Assembly (NCBI GenBank): GCA_035304385.1 | Contig: DATGQD010000062.1 | Coordinates: 22,119 to 86,118, forward strand | Length of the DNA stretch: 64,000 nucleotides | Origin: Cyclobacteriaceae bacterium | GTDB taxonomy: Bacteria > Bacteroidota > Bacteroidia > Cytophagales > Cyclobacteriaceae | Reading direction: 5' to 3' | Part shown: positions 7,758 to 17,867 of the stretch, in pieces | Layout of the letters: every line of letters starts with the position of its first letter | Numbering within the stretch: the stretch's first letter is position 1 | The notes under the pieces: model-generated | What the model was told of the DNA's origin: nothing | What the model saw: the letters and a program-made list of their open reading frames with translations, nothing else | The model's database searches: none | Made by a program: the position numbers and the translations under genes

Positions 7758-10112
7758 ATGAAGCAATTCTCCTGGGGAGTAATCTTACTCATTGCATTCC
7801 CCCTGTCCGCCGCCGCACAGGACAAAGCTACGATCAGCGGGTATGTTCGTGACGCAAGTAATGGTGAAGAACTGATCGGCGTCACCGTATACATACCCTC
7901 GCTGCAGGCCGGCACCACCACCAACGCCTATGGATTCTATTCGCTGAGCCTTCCCCCGGGAACCTACACGCTGCAATTCAGCTACGTGGGTTTCAAAAAC
8001 ACAAGCCTCGATATCGAGCTCACCGGCAACGTCACGCGCAACATCGCGATGGAGTCGGAAGCAACATACATACAGGAAGTCGTCGTAGAAGATGAGGCCA
8101 TTGATGCGAACGTAACAGACGTGCAAATGAGCCGCAACACCATCGACATGAACCAGGTGCGAAAACTGCCGGCGTTGTTTGGCGAGGTCGACATTATTAA
8201 AAATGTTCAAATGCTCCCCGGCGTTATTACCGCAGGGGAGGGGACTTCCAGCTTCTTCGTTCGCGGTGGGAGCGCCGACCAGAACCTGATCCTCATAGAC
8301 GAAGCGCCTGTCTACGACCCCTCACACCTCTTCGGCCTGTTCTCCGTATTCAACGCCGACGTCATCAAGGATTCTGAACTCTACAAGGGTGGAATCCCCG
8401 CCCGATTCGGCGGCCGCCTCTCGTCTATACTCGAGGTGAGGACGAAGGATGGGAACAACCGCGAGTTTCACGGCACAGGAGGCATCGGGTCCATGGCCAG
8501 CCGCATTATGCTGGAGGGCCCGATTCGGAAGGAAAAGAGTTCGTTCATCGTTTCCGCACGACGCTCGTACGCCGACCTCTTTCTGCGTGCCGCCAATGAG
8601 GATAACCTGGTGTATTTTTTCGACGTCAACGCGAAAGCGAACTGGAGGCACAATAACAACAACCGTTTCTTCGTGGCGCTGTATGCCGGTCGCGATGACC
8701 TGTCGTTCAGCGACGACGCGGGTTTTGGCTGGGGTAACGCAACGGCTACGTTCCGCTGGAACCACCTGTTCAACGACCGCCTTTTTTCAAACATATCGCT
8801 CATCGCCAGCAATTTCGACTACGCACTTGAAATCTTCGATCCCGCCCAGGGGCTGAAGTGGACCTCCAACCTGCAGGAGCTGAGTCTGAAAAACGACCTT
8901 TCATACTTCATCAATCCGGGCAATGAACTCTCCTTCGGCTATCATATCACCGGGCGGAGGTTCTCGCCGGGTACCATCAAACCGAATACACCCGGCTCGA
9001 TATTCACCACGGTCGAACTTCAAAAGCAGTACGCACTCGACCATGCGCTCTACCTGAGCAACCGGCAAAATATTGGCAGCCGGATGACCGTAGATTATGG
9101 CGTCAGGCTTTCGATATTCCAACAAGTAGGTAAGGGCGACATCTTCCTGTACGAGGATCCAAAGGACAATGTCGATATCGTCAGGACGGATACGCTGACA
9201 TTTGGTGCCTGGGAAAACATAAAAACCTATGTCAACCTCGAGCCCCGCGTCGCTGTCCGATATTCACTCAGACCGGGACAGTCCCTGAAATTCTCTTACA
9301 ACCGGATGGTACAGAATACCCATCTGATCGCGTCGGGAACCGTGCCGGTGCCGTTCAACACCTGGAATCCAAGCGGATACTACCTGAAACCCCAGATCGC
9401 CGACCAGTTTGCGGCGGGATACTTCCGGAACTTTCGCGATAACACCCTCGAGTTTTCAGTTGAGGCCTACTATAAGACCATGAGCAATGTTACCGACTTT
9501 GCGGATAATGCCCAGCTCTTCTTTAATGAAGATCTGAGTACTGAATTTCGCCAGGGTGATTCAGAGTCGTACGGCCTCGAGTTCATGCTGAACAAAACCG
9601 AGGGCAGACTTACCGGCATGGTGGGATACACCTGGTCGCATACGGTACGACATATCGAAGGGGTCAACCTCGGCCGCGAGTTCTTCGCCAACTACGACCG
9701 CCGGAACGTCATCAATATCATGGCGACCTATGAGCATAGCGAACGGTGGTCGTTCGGCGCCACGTTCACCTACGCCACGGGTCGACCCATAACACTCCCT
9801 GAAGGCAAATACGAATTTGGTAACTATAACCCCGACGTGATCACGGAACGCAACGGATACAGACTGAACGACTACCACCGCCTCGATCTGTCGGCGACGC
9901 TTCGCCAAAGGGTACGGCCGAACCGGAAGTGGCGGGGCGAATGGGTATTCTCAATTTTCAATGTGTACAACCAGCAGAATGCCTTCACCGTCTATACACG
10001 CACCAAACAGGATGACGATGGCAACATTATCGGCGACGGTACCGAAAAAGAGGCGCGGCTGGTATATCTGTTCCCTATTCTTCCGTCAGTTACCTACAAC
10101 TTCACGTTTTAA
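7758..10112 (+). CDS. TonB-dependent receptor with N-terminal CarboxypepD_reg-like domain
   Basis: Signal peptide, then ISGYVRDASNGEELIGVTVY...TNAYGFYSL (CarboxypepD_reg), a plug region (VQMLPGV...FFVRGG...NLILIDEAPVY) and a long beta-barrel. ATG 7758 is preferred over TTG 7749. Confidence 0.9.
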   Translation: MKQFSWGVILLIAFPLSAAAQDKATISGYVRDASNGEELIGVTVYIPSLQAGTTTNAYGFYSLSLPPGTYTLQFSYVGFKNTSLDIELTGNVTRNIAMESEATYIQEVVVEDEAIDANVTDVQMSRNTIDMNQVRKLPALFGEVDIIKNVQMLPGVITAGEGTSSFFVRGGSADQNLILIDEAPVYDPSHLFGLFSVFNADVIKDSELYKGGIPARFGGRLSSILEVRTKDGNNREFHGTGGIGSMASRIMLEGPIRKEKSSFIVSARRSYADLFLRAANEDNLVYFFDVNAKANWRHNNNNRFFVALYAGRDDLSFSDDAGFGWGNATATFRWNHLFNDRLFSNISLIASNFDYALEIFDPAQGLKWTSNLQELSLKNDLSYFINPGNELSFGYHITGRRFSPGTIKPNTPGSIFTTVELQKQYALDHALYLSNRQNIGSRMTVDYGVRLSIFQQVGKGDIFLYEDPKDNVDIVRTDTLTFGAWENIKTYVNLEPRVAVRYSLRPGQSLKFSYNRMVQNTHLIASGTVPVPFNTWNPSGYYLKPQIADQFAAGYFRNFRDNTLEFSVEAYYKTMSNVTDFADNAQLFFNEDLSTEFRQGDSESYGLEFMLNKTEGRLTGMVGYTWSHTVRHIEGVNLGREFFANYDRRNVINIMATYEHSERWSFGATFTYATGRPITLPEGKYEFGNYNPDVITERNGYRLNDYHRLDLSATLRQRVRPNRKWRGEWVFSIFNVYNQQNAFTVYTRTKQDDDGNIIGDGTEKEARLVYLFPILPSVTYNFTF

Positions 10113-10116
10113 TGCC

Positions 10117-10956
10117 ATGAAACGAACGCTGGTCCACCTTGTCTCACTTTTCGTCTTGATCGCCCTCGGGTCGTGCGAAAAAGAATATATCCTTCGCACT
10201 AACCCCGCCGATGCCAAAATCGTTATTGAGGGGCTGGTTACCGACAAACCCGGCTATCAGTATGTCAAAATCAGCCGTAGCACCGACTTCTACAGTTCGG
10301 GAAAAACACCCCGCGTCACAGATGCCCTGGTTAGGGTGACTGACAGTGACGGGGTAACCACTGAGTTCGTGCACAATCCGGGCGCCCACCCCGACTCTTC
10401 AGGGTATTACAAGCCCGTAGCACCTTTCCTGGGTGCGCTGGGCAAGACTTATTCGCTTGTCGTGATAGCCGACGGCCAGGAATACCGGGGCGAAGACACT
10501 CTTTATCCGGTGACGACGGTCGACTCGCTCACGTATCAGATCAACGAGGATGAGCAAGAGGATCCGGAACACCCCGGCCGCTACTATGAGGTTCTTATTT
10601 ATACGCGGGAGCCGCAGGAGACGCGCGACTATTACCTGTTCAACTTTTATCGAAACGATTCACTTACGCTTGCCAATCCGGAGGACATCTATTTCACCGA
10701 CGACATTGTTCTGGCAGAAGCGATCAACGGTATTACCATGCCGATCTTTTTTTCACAGGGCGACAAGGCGACGGTAGAAGCTTTCAGTATCTCGCGCCAG
10801 GCGTTCGTATTCTTCAATGATCTTTCCATCCTGCTTAACAATGATGGGGGCATGTACAGTCCGCCACCCGCCAACTGTCGAAACAACCTGTCCAACGGGG
10901 CCCTGGGTTTCTTCCGCGCCAGTGCGGTGACATCAATGGACATCGTCGTCGAGTAA
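10117..10956 (+). CDS. DUF4249-like lipoprotein (usual partner of this receptor class)
   Basis: MKRTLVHLVSLFVLIALGSC lipobox. The gene starts 5 nt after the receptor stop. IVIEGLVTDKPGYQYVKISRS is typical of DUF4249. The track ORF start (9961) overlaps the receptor. Confidence 0.75.
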   Translation: MKRTLVHLVSLFVLIALGSCEKEYILRTNPADAKIVIEGLVTDKPGYQYVKISRSTDFYSSGKTPRVTDALVRVTDSDGVTTEFVHNPGAHPDSSGYYKPVAPFLGALGKTYSLVVIADGQEYRGEDTLYPVTTVDSLTYQINEDEQEDPEHPGRYYEVLIYTREPQETRDYYLFNFYRNDSLTLANPEDIYFTDDIVLAEAINGITMPIFFSQGDKATVEAFSISRQAFVFFNDLSILLNNDGGMYSPPPANCRNNLSNGALGFFRASAVTSMDIVVE

Positions 10957-11043
10957 CACCCTCGAAAGTCCTTTTTTTCCGGGAACCGTTTGTTTTTCTA
11001 GACGGGGAAGTGAATATTTCATTTCCGAATAATCCGGTGGTGA

Positions 11044-14025
11044 ATGAAGAAAACTCTTTGCCTGCTTCTGTTCTTCCTTTCGTTCATCGCAGGGTTTGCT
11101 CAAACCGTTCTTGAGAACAACCCGATCTGGATTTCCTGGTACCAGATCAACACGCCGCACTTCAGGATACTTTATCCCAAGGGTTTCGAAGTGCAGGCAC
11201 AACGCATCGCCGCAACGATGGAGCGCATGTACCGTGCTGAAACGCGGTCGCTCTCAGGTCGACCCATCAAGACGTCGATCATTATGCAAAACAGGGCGGC
11301 ACAGTCGAACGCCTTCGTCTCCGTTCTCCCGCGCCGTGCTGAATTCTTTACCATGCCGTCGCAGAATTACAACTTCATCGGCAACAACGAATGGTTCGAC
11401 CTCATCGCCGCGCACGAGTTGCGTCACATCCTCCAATTCGCGCATGCCAACCGCGGCATGACGCGCATCCTCTACTATCTCGCTGGAAACTACGGGCTGG
11501 CCGCCGCCGCTGCAGCCGCTGTACCCCAATGGTTCTGGGAGGGCGATGCCGTCGCCACCGAGACCGCGCTCACCACTACAGGCCGTGGCAAGATCCCCAA
11601 CTTCGGCCTCATCCTGCGCACCAACCTATTGGAAGGAAGGGAGTTCAACTATCACAAGCAATTGCTCGGATCCTACAAGCATCTCACCCCTGATGAATAT
11701 GCACTCGGCTATCACTTTGTGAGCTATCTCCGATGGAAAACGGGCGACCCGCTCGTGTGGGATCGCATCACTGCCGATGCATGGAAATGGTCGCTCGTCC
11801 CGTTTACGTTCTCGAACGCCATACGCAAAGAGACCGGCATGCCGATTACGCGATTGTATCGCGAAATGGCGAAAGACCTGAAAACCTTATGGAACTTACC
11901 AGACACATTGAAGCAAACACCCGCGCGCCAGGTGAACCCACGCAACACCACAGCGTATACCGACTACCTGTATCCCCAGGTGTTGCGCGATGGTTCTGTC
12001 ATCACGATGAAGAGCGGCATTGGCGACATCGATCAGGTTACGCTGATCTCCCCCGACGGAGAGAAAAAATTGGCCGTCACCGGCTTGCAGTTTGAAACCG
12101 GGTTTCTCTCCGCGGGTGGCGACCGCGTGGTCTGGAATGAATTCCGCTTTCATCCGCGATGGCGGAGAACGACTTCTGTTGTAATCGTTGCATACGATAA
12201 AAAGACCGGACGTATGTGGGATGTCACCGGCCCCCGGGCCCGCCACGCCGGAGCGGCACTTTCTCCTGACGGCACCAAAGTAGTGGCACTCCTTTCCGAC
12301 TACAACTATCGCCACAACCTCGCCGTAATCGATATGGAAACCGGTGCCCGCCTGCACACCTTCGACAATCCGGACAATGCACTGTACTCCATGTTTCGCT
12401 GGTCCGAAAACGGCGCACTGATCGTATCATTAAAGACAACGGAAGAAGGAAAATCGGTCGTTACCATCGACCCTGAAAGCGGCGATGAGAAAGAAATCCT
12501 TCCGCCGACCAACCGGAACATTGGCTACCCATTACTTACGGAACGTTACCTGCTCTACAACGCACCGGCCGACGGTATTGACGAGATAGAAGTGCGCGAC
12601 CTGCAAACGGGTGTTGCGCGTCGACTTACACGAAGCCGTTATGGCAGTTATAACCCCGAGTTATCGTCGGACGGCACACAGCTCTACTTCAACCGGCAGG
12701 GAAGGGACGGAATGGATGTGGTGTCAATGCCTTTTGATCCTGAGGGCGGTGTGTTGGTCGACACTGCGGACGATCGTCTCGACCCACTCGCCGCCACGCT
12801 CGTTGCCCAGGAGTCGGCCTTCCTTGCCGACGCGGATACCGTCGAAGGTCAAACATATCCAGCCCAACCCTACTCCAGATGGTCTGGGATTTTTAACCCG
12901 TATACCTGGGGTCCTTATATTGATAATAGCTTTGGGCAAGTCGACCTCGGCTTTACCTCGCGGGATGTCCTGAGTACGATGCAGTTTTCTGCCGGATACC
13001 GATATGATATCAGCGAGCGTACAGGTGAAGTGCATGCGGGTATGAGCTTCCAGGGATGGTACCCCATTATCAGTTTCGCCGTCCGGCATGGACAGCGTGA
13101 AGACGAGTCGACCATTGCGCTGAGCGCTGACGACCGCCGGCGGGTGGCGTTTGCCTGGGAAGAGACCGGCATTAGCGGCGGCATATCCGTTCCCCTGTCA
13201 CTCACCCGGTCGAAGTACCTGACGAATCTCAATATCTCGAACAGCGTAGGACTGACCATGACGAAGGACTTCGGAAGTACCGTCACTACCGGCACAGGAA
13301 CCGTTATCCAGGGTGACGACCGGTACATTCCAGCCAACGACACACTGTTTTTTCTCTATCGCGACATCACGGATTACGGTCGCCTGATCTTTAACAACTT
13401 TTCGGTCAGTTATTCTCATTTGTTGCGGCAAAGTCGCCGCGATTTCAACCCGAAGTTCGGGCAATTTCTTGGATTCGACAGTTACAGTACACCATTCGGT
13501 GGCGACTACCAGGGCTGGCAATGGACGGCGACGGGCACGTTCTTTTTTCCTGGACTGCTTAAACATCATTCGCTGTATTTGGCCGGCGGGTACCAGCAGG
13601 CGATGGAACGTTCGGAACTCGATGTCTACGCCTTTCGCAATCGCCTTTTTAAACCGCGTGGGTATAGCTATCCACAGAACACCCAGTTTTTCAGCATCTC
13701 GGGCAACTATGCGCTGCCGTTATGGTATCCCGATATTGCAGTTGGTCCGCTCCTCAATATCCAGCGGGTGAGATTGAATCTCTTCTTCGACTACGGGGAG
13801 GGTGAAGGGCAGGACTATTATTACAATTTCGAAAGCGGGAACGTGTACACAATCGATACGGGTACTACCTACAAAAGCGCCGGCGCCGAACTTATGTTTG
13901 ACGTAAATTTTTTCCGTACCCAGCCCCAGTTCGAGATCGGCATCAGGGCGGTAAAGAGGGAAAGCAACCGGTTTAGCGCGGGTGGCTGGCAGTATGAGCT
14001 TTTGATTGGAAATATTCCCCTGTAG
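11044..14025 (+). CDS. secreted multidomain protein: HExxH peptidase-like N-domain, PD40 propeller repeats, C-terminal Omp85-like beta-barrel
   Basis: Signal peptide MKKTLCLLLFFLSFIAGFAQ. HELRH at 11413-11427 with WFWEGD 38 aa later. PD40-like motifs (SPDGEKKLAV, LSPDGTKVVALL, SSDGTQLYFNRQGRDGMDV). RGY at 13657-13665 and FFDYG at 13783-13797 resemble the Omp85 L6 and beta13 motifs. Confidence 0.8.
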   Translation: MKKTLCLLLFFLSFIAGFAQTVLENNPIWISWYQINTPHFRILYPKGFEVQAQRIAATMERMYRAETRSLSGRPIKTSIIMQNRAAQSNAFVSVLPRRAEFFTMPSQNYNFIGNNEWFDLIAAHELRHILQFAHANRGMTRILYYLAGNYGLAAAAAAAVPQWFWEGDAVATETALTTTGRGKIPNFGLILRTNLLEGREFNYHKQLLGSYKHLTPDEYALGYHFVSYLRWKTGDPLVWDRITADAWKWSLVPFTFSNAIRKETGMPITRLYREMAKDLKTLWNLPDTLKQTPARQVNPRNTTAYTDYLYPQVLRDGSVITMKSGIGDIDQVTLISPDGEKKLAVTGLQFETGFLSAGGDRVVWNEFRFHPRWRRTTSVVIVAYDKKTGRMWDVTGPRARHAGAALSPDGTKVVALLSDYNYRHNLAVIDMETGARLHTFDNPDNALYSMFRWSENGALIVSLKTTEEGKSVVTIDPESGDEKEILPPTNRNIGYPLLTERYLLYNAPADGIDEIEVRDLQTGVARRLTRSRYGSYNPELSSDGTQLYFNRQGRDGMDVVSMPFDPEGGVLVDTADDRLDPLAATLVAQESAFLADADTVEGQTYPAQPYSRWSGIFNPYTWGPYIDNSFGQVDLGFTSRDVLSTMQFSAGYRYDISERTGEVHAGMSFQGWYPIISFAVRHGQREDESTIALSADDRRRVAFAWEETGISGGISVPLSLTRSKYLTNLNISNSVGLTMTKDFGSTVTTGTGTVIQGDDRYIPANDTLFFLYRDITDYGRLIFNNFSVSYSHLLRQSRRDFNPKFGQFLGFDSYSTPFGGDYQGWQWTATGTFFFPGLLKHHSLYLAGGYQQAMERSELDVYAFRNRLFKPRGYSYPQNTQFFSISGNYALPLWYPDIAVGPLLNIQRVRLNLFFDYGEGEGQDYYYNFESGNVYTIDTGTTYKSAGAELMFDVNFFRTQPQFEIGIRAVKRESNRFSAGGWQYELLIGNIPL

Positions 14026-14036
14026 GTTGCGTCCGC

Positions 14037-14067
14037 TTGAATATCGACCTATTTCACCCTATTTTTG
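14037..14067 (+). promoter_or_regulatory. candidate Bacteroidota sigma-A promoter (TTG-N20-TATTTTTG)
   Basis: TATTTTTG at 14060-14067 matches TAnnTTTG. A TTG lies at 14037-14039. The site is about 45 nt upstream of the E2 start. Confidence 0.35.
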
Positions 14068-14112
14068 GCGATGTTTACTTAATTCCAGTCTTTACATACC
14101 AGCTCAATATCA

Positions 14113-15750
14113 ATGGCAGAAATCGTCAGGATGCCCAAGATGAGTGACACCATGGAGGAAGGTGTCATCGCGAAGTGGCATAAAAAGGTAGGTGACCAGG
14201 TGAAATCCGGTGAGCTCATGGCCGAGATCGAAACGGACAAAGCCACAATGGATTACGAGTCGTATAACGATGGCACCATATTGTACCTCGGCGCCAAGGA
14301 AGGTGAGGCCGTAAAGGTAAACGACGTCCTGGCCGTGGTGGGTAAGAAGGGTGAGGACTACAAGGCGCTATTGGAAAGCGCGGGCACCTCTGGCGACGAC
14401 GGCGGTAAGGCGGCCGACAAACCAAAAGACGAGGTAGCGGACGCCGCAGCCGAAAAGAAATCGGAGAGGGCAATCGATACTTCTAACATAAAGGCCGAGA
14501 TCGTACTGATGCCCAAGATGAGCGACACCATGGATGAAGGTGTGATCGCCGCGTGGCATAAGAAGGTGGGTGAAACGGTGAAGTCGGGCGAGCTACTCGC
14601 CGAGGTAGAAACCGATAAGGCTACCATGGACTACGAATCGTACTCCGAGGGCACGTTACTCTACCAGGGTGCGGAAGCCGGCCAGGCTGTACCCGTCAAC
14701 GGTGTCCTGGCCATCATCGGTGAGAAGGATGCCGATTGGCAGACGCTGCTGAAGGCGCATCAGCAAAAGGCCGATGGCAAGTCAGACGAAAAAGCCGAGC
14801 CCGCAAAGGCGGAAGCTAAAGCACCGGAGCAGGAGCAAAAAGCCGCACCGGCCGAAAGCGCGGACGAGTCTGAAGGGGATCGGGTGAAAGCGTCACCGCT
14901 GGCGCGCAGCATGGCACGGGAAAGGGGCATCGACCTGTCGCGTGTCAAAGGCACCGGAGACCAGGGCCGCATTATCAAAAGAGACATCGAGAACTACAAG
15001 CCGGAAGCGGAACCCGCATCGGCTGCCAAGGCAGGTGCGCCCGTAGTATTGCCCACCGTAGTGGGAGAGGAGCGTTCGGAAGAAGTCGCCGTATCGCAAA
15101 TGCGGAAGACCATTGCGCGCAGGCTCTCGGAAAGCAAGTTCAGCGCGCCGCACTTCTACCTTACCATGGAGATCAACATGGACAAGGTGGTACAGGCGAG
15201 GAAGAGTATGAACGAAGTGAGCCCGGTGAAGCTTTCGTTCAATGACATCGTAATAAAGGCTACCGCTGCGGCTATACGCCAGCACCCTGACGTCAACGTC
15301 TCCTGGCTGGGCGACAAGATCAGAAAGAATCAACACATTCATATCGGTGTGGCAGTGGCCGTGAAGGATGGACTTGTGGTGCCTGTCGTGCGCTTTGCCG
15401 ACAGCAAATCGCTATCCCACATCGGCGCTGAAGTCAAGGACCTTGCACAGAAGGCACACGACAAAAAACTGCAGCCTTCCGACTGGGAAGGAAGTACCTT
15501 TACGATCTCCAACCTCGGGATGTTTGGTATCGAAGAATTTACGGCGATCATCAATCCCCCCGACGCCTGTATCCTCGCGGTGGGCGGCATCAAGGAAACC
15601 GCCATCGTCAAGAATGGTGTTGTGGTTCCGGGCAATGTAATGAAGGTCACGCTCTCCTGCGATCACCGCGCCGTCGACGGCGCCACCGGCGCTGCCTTCC
15701 TGCAAACATTAAAGAAGCTGCTGGAAGACCCGGTGAGGATACTCATATGA
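14113..15750 (+). CDS. pyruvate dehydrogenase complex dihydrolipoamide acetyltransferase (E2), two lipoyl domains
   Basis: Two lipoyl domains (MPKMSDTMEEGVIAKWHKKVGD...ETDKATMD, twice), Ala/Pro/Lys linkers, an E3-binding domain (SPLARSMARERGIDLSRVKGTGDQGRIIKRDI) and a catalytic domain with DHRAVDG. Confidence 0.9.
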   Translation: MAEIVRMPKMSDTMEEGVIAKWHKKVGDQVKSGELMAEIETDKATMDYESYNDGTILYLGAKEGEAVKVNDVLAVVGKKGEDYKALLESAGTSGDDGGKAADKPKDEVADAAAEKKSERAIDTSNIKAEIVLMPKMSDTMDEGVIAAWHKKVGETVKSGELLAEVETDKATMDYESYSEGTLLYQGAEAGQAVPVNGVLAIIGEKDADWQTLLKAHQQKADGKSDEKAEPAKAEAKAPEQEQKAAPAESADESEGDRVKASPLARSMARERGIDLSRVKGTGDQGRIIKRDIENYKPEAEPASAAKAGAPVVLPTVVGEERSEEVAVSQMRKTIARRLSESKFSAPHFYLTMEINMDKVVQARKSMNEVSPVKLSFNDIVIKATAAAIRQHPDVNVSWLGDKIRKNQHIHIGVAVAVKDGLVVPVVRFADSKSLSHIGAEVKDLAQKAHDKKLQPSDWEGSTFTISNLGMFGIEEFTAIINPPDACILAVGGIKETAIVKNGVVVPGNVMKVTLSCDHRAVDGATGAAFLQTLKKLLEDPVRILI

Positions 15751-15846
15751 AAGGGTTGAAGAGTTGAAGAGTTGAAGAGTTGAATAATTGAAGAGTTGAA
15801 GAGTTGAATAATTGAAGGGTTGGAGAATTGAAGCGTTAAATAATTG
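15751..15846. repeat. twelve tandem 8-nt units NNNTTGAA filling the E2-hslV spacer
   Basis: The units are aagggttg aagagttg x3 aataattg aagagttg x2 aataattg aagggttg gagaattg aagcgtta aataattg. There is only one C (15834) between 15751 and 15851. The last unit supplies the hslV TTG start. Confidence 0.9.
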
Positions 15847-16377
15847 AAGATCCATTCCACAACGATATTAGCCGTCCTCCACGATGGACACGTAGCCATT
15901 GGCGGGGATGGTCAGGCGACGATGGGCAACTATGTTGCGAAGAGCAATGTGCGGAAGATTCGTAAGCTTCAGGATGGAAAAATTCTTGTTGGATTTGCGG
16001 GGTCAACGGCGGATGCGTTCACGTTGCTGGAACGCTTCGATGAAAAACTCAACAGCTATGGTGGCAATATGAAGCGCGCTGCGATTGAGTTGGCGAAGGA
16101 CTGGAGAATGGATCGTTTTCTCAGACGGCTCGAGGCAATGCTCATAACGGCATCACAAACCGAGTTGTTGGTGATCTCCGGTACCGGCGACGTCCTTGAA
16201 CCCGACAACCAGGTTGCGGCCATTGGCTCTGGCGCCATGTATGCGCAGGCCGCCGCGGTTGCCCTAAAGAAACATGCGCCTTCATTATCGGCTGAGGCCA
16301 TCGTTACCGAAAGCCTCCACATCGCTGCAGACATCTGCATCTATACGAATCACAACCTGGTAATCGAAACCCTGTAA
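15844..16377 (+). CDS. hslV: ATP-dependent protease subunit HslV
   Basis: [31 protein letters not shown]...[11 protein letters not shown] is classic HslV. TTG is the only possible start because an in-frame TAA sits at 15841-15843. No hslU is adjacent. Confidence 0.9.
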   Translation: MKIHSTTILAVLHDGHVAIGGDGQATMGNYVAKSNVRKIRKLQDGKILVGFAGSTADAFTLLERFDEKLNSYGGNMKRAAIELAKDWRMDRFLRRLEAMLITASQTELLVISGTGDVLEPDNQVAAIGSGAMYAQAAAVALKKHAPSLSAEAIVTESLHIAADICIYTNHNLVIETL

Positions 16378-16419
16378 AAAGCCTTCCCAAAGAGGGAATT
16401 TAATCCAGGATTGCACACC

Positions 16420-16450
16420 GCCTCCCGGCTTGAAACGGGGGCTTTTCACC
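16420..16450 (+). terminator. intrinsic terminator after hslV
   Basis: GCCTCCCG-gcttgaaa-CGGGGGC stem (one bulge) followed by TTTTCACCTTTT. Confidence 0.55.
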
Positions 16451-16555
16451 TTTTATACTTTTTCCCGGTTACTTTTTATTTTCGCCGCGTTATACGGTTG
16501 CCCGGCGAAAAGTTTTTATATTATAATGCGTTAAATACATACAACCCGTTAAGCC

Positions 16556-17737
16556 GTGATTAACTACTACGCCATACTCGATATCGATCGGAATGCCAGT
16601 TCCACCGAGATCAGGGCGGCATACAAGCGGCAGGCCATGCTGTACCATCCCGACAGGAATGCGGGAGATAAGGAGGCGGAGGAGAAGTTCAAAATGGTGA
16701 ACGAGGCCTATCATGTCCTGTCAGATCCTATAAAGAAGGCGAAATACGATTCCTGGCTGGATCCCGACACGCTGGATGAGTTCTCTTACGAATACTGGCG
16801 TGAGGTACGAAAGCGCCGCTACTATGCATACCGTCGCGCACAGACGTCGACGTACCGCATCGACAGAAACTACTATCGCGTTCAGGCGCTGGCCTTTCTC
16901 GTTTTCCTGATGCTGTCCGGATTGTGCTTCGCTATGGTGCACACCGTCAATTACATAATCGACTTGCGCCAGGCCGAACAATGGCGCGAAAACAGCCGGC
17001 AATTAGAGCGGGTGAACGCGCTGTTTGACGCGGGACAATTCAACGAAGCGTTTACCGTAATCAAAGGACTCAAAAAAGAGGAGCCTTTTGAGTTCCGCTT
17101 CACATTTGCGCAGGATAGCCTGCTGTCGGAATTGCGGAAAAAGGCTGACCATGAATTCAATAACAAGAATTTCGAGCGTGCCGCGCACTATTATACCATC
17201 CTCGGCAATGAGGAGAGCCCGGTACGAATGGAAACGCTGCAGAAGATCGCGAGCTGTCAGTATTACCTCGGGCATTATGGCGAATCGTTGAATCCGTTGA
17301 AGCAACTCCTCAACCAGCAGCCCTGGAACCTCGATCTCGTGTACCAGATTGCTATGATCAACCTGGAAAACCTTGACAATAAGGAGGAGGCGTTGCACTA
17401 CCTGACGATGGGCAAGAAACTGTTCAAGCAGAATCTTACGGATGTGTACGGGTCTGCGTTCGAGGTCGTGATGGACCCGAAGGATGTTCCGGATATTTAC
17501 TACTTCATTTTCATTGCCCGGGCAAAGGCGAACATTGGCCTTCAGCATTATGCTGAAGCGATAACCGACTGCAACTGGGCGATAACGCTGCGCGGCGCCA
17601 ACCCTGAACCCTACCACCTGCGGGCGATGTCCAAATTCAGAAGTTCCCGGTATCGGAGCGGTTGCGAAGACCTGTCGAAGGCTGCCGCACGGGGCAAAGA
17701 CATTACAGCCGATCGGGCTCGGTATTGCCGGTATTAG
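16556..17737 (+). CDS. J-domain (DnaJ-like) membrane protein with TPR-like repeats
   Basis: N-terminal J domain ([32 protein letters not shown]...[18 protein letters not shown]), one TM helix ([18 protein letters not shown]), then a helical repeat region. GTG start. Confidence 0.85.
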   Translation: MINYYAILDIDRNASSTEIRAAYKRQAMLYHPDRNAGDKEAEEKFKMVNEAYHVLSDPIKKAKYDSWLDPDTLDEFSYEYWREVRKRRYYAYRRAQTSTYRIDRNYYRVQALAFLVFLMLSGLCFAMVHTVNYIIDLRQAEQWRENSRQLERVNALFDAGQFNEAFTVIKGLKKEEPFEFRFTFAQDSLLSELRKKADHEFNNKNFERAAHYYTILGNEESPVRMETLQKIASCQYYLGHYGESLNPLKQLLNQQPWNLDLVYQIAMINLENLDNKEEALHYLTMGKKLFKQNLTDVYGSAFEVVMDPKDVPDIYYFIFIARAKANIGLQHYAEAITDCNWAITLRGANPEPYHLRAMSKFRSSRYRSGCEDLSKAAARGKDITADRARYCRY

Positions 17738-17867
17738 TCACCATTTCCGGTAAAGTTATCGATACCACGCACGAGATACAGAAGGAACCGGTTTCGGGCC
17801 GGAAATGGTGTGGAGTTTTTGCGGCGATTCCCTATTTTTATTGAAAAGGCCAGGTTTGAACCCTGAG

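Noticed and set aside
7489-7761. + strand 90-aa ORF upstream of the TonB receptor
   Set aside because: It has a highly charged, low-complexity start (EDKAEHKVEEDEKDEH). It runs into the receptor start region, and it is antisense to a more plausible small TM ORF. No motif is recognisable.
9961-10116. Upstream extensions of track ORFs that overlap the preceding gene (9961 for DUF4249; also 33934 for the PAP2 protein, 40962 for the esterase, 51055 for nuoI)
   Set aside because: In each case a signal peptide, lipobox or conserved N-terminus begins at a downstream ATG located right after the upstream gene's stop.
15751-15846. Short tandem arrays (here and at 2884, 57328 and other loci) as CRISPR arrays
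   Set aside because: The periods are 6-9 nt with no unique spacers, the units are far shorter than CRISPR repeats, and there are no cas genes in the window.
17003-17617. Other long antisense ORFs (17003-17617 in the J-domain gene, 36666-37427 in the TonB receptor, 42388-43152 in the LtaS-like gene, 33351-33923 in the OM barrel gene)
   Set aside because: Each is embedded opposite a gene with clear family motifs, and none shows motifs of its own.
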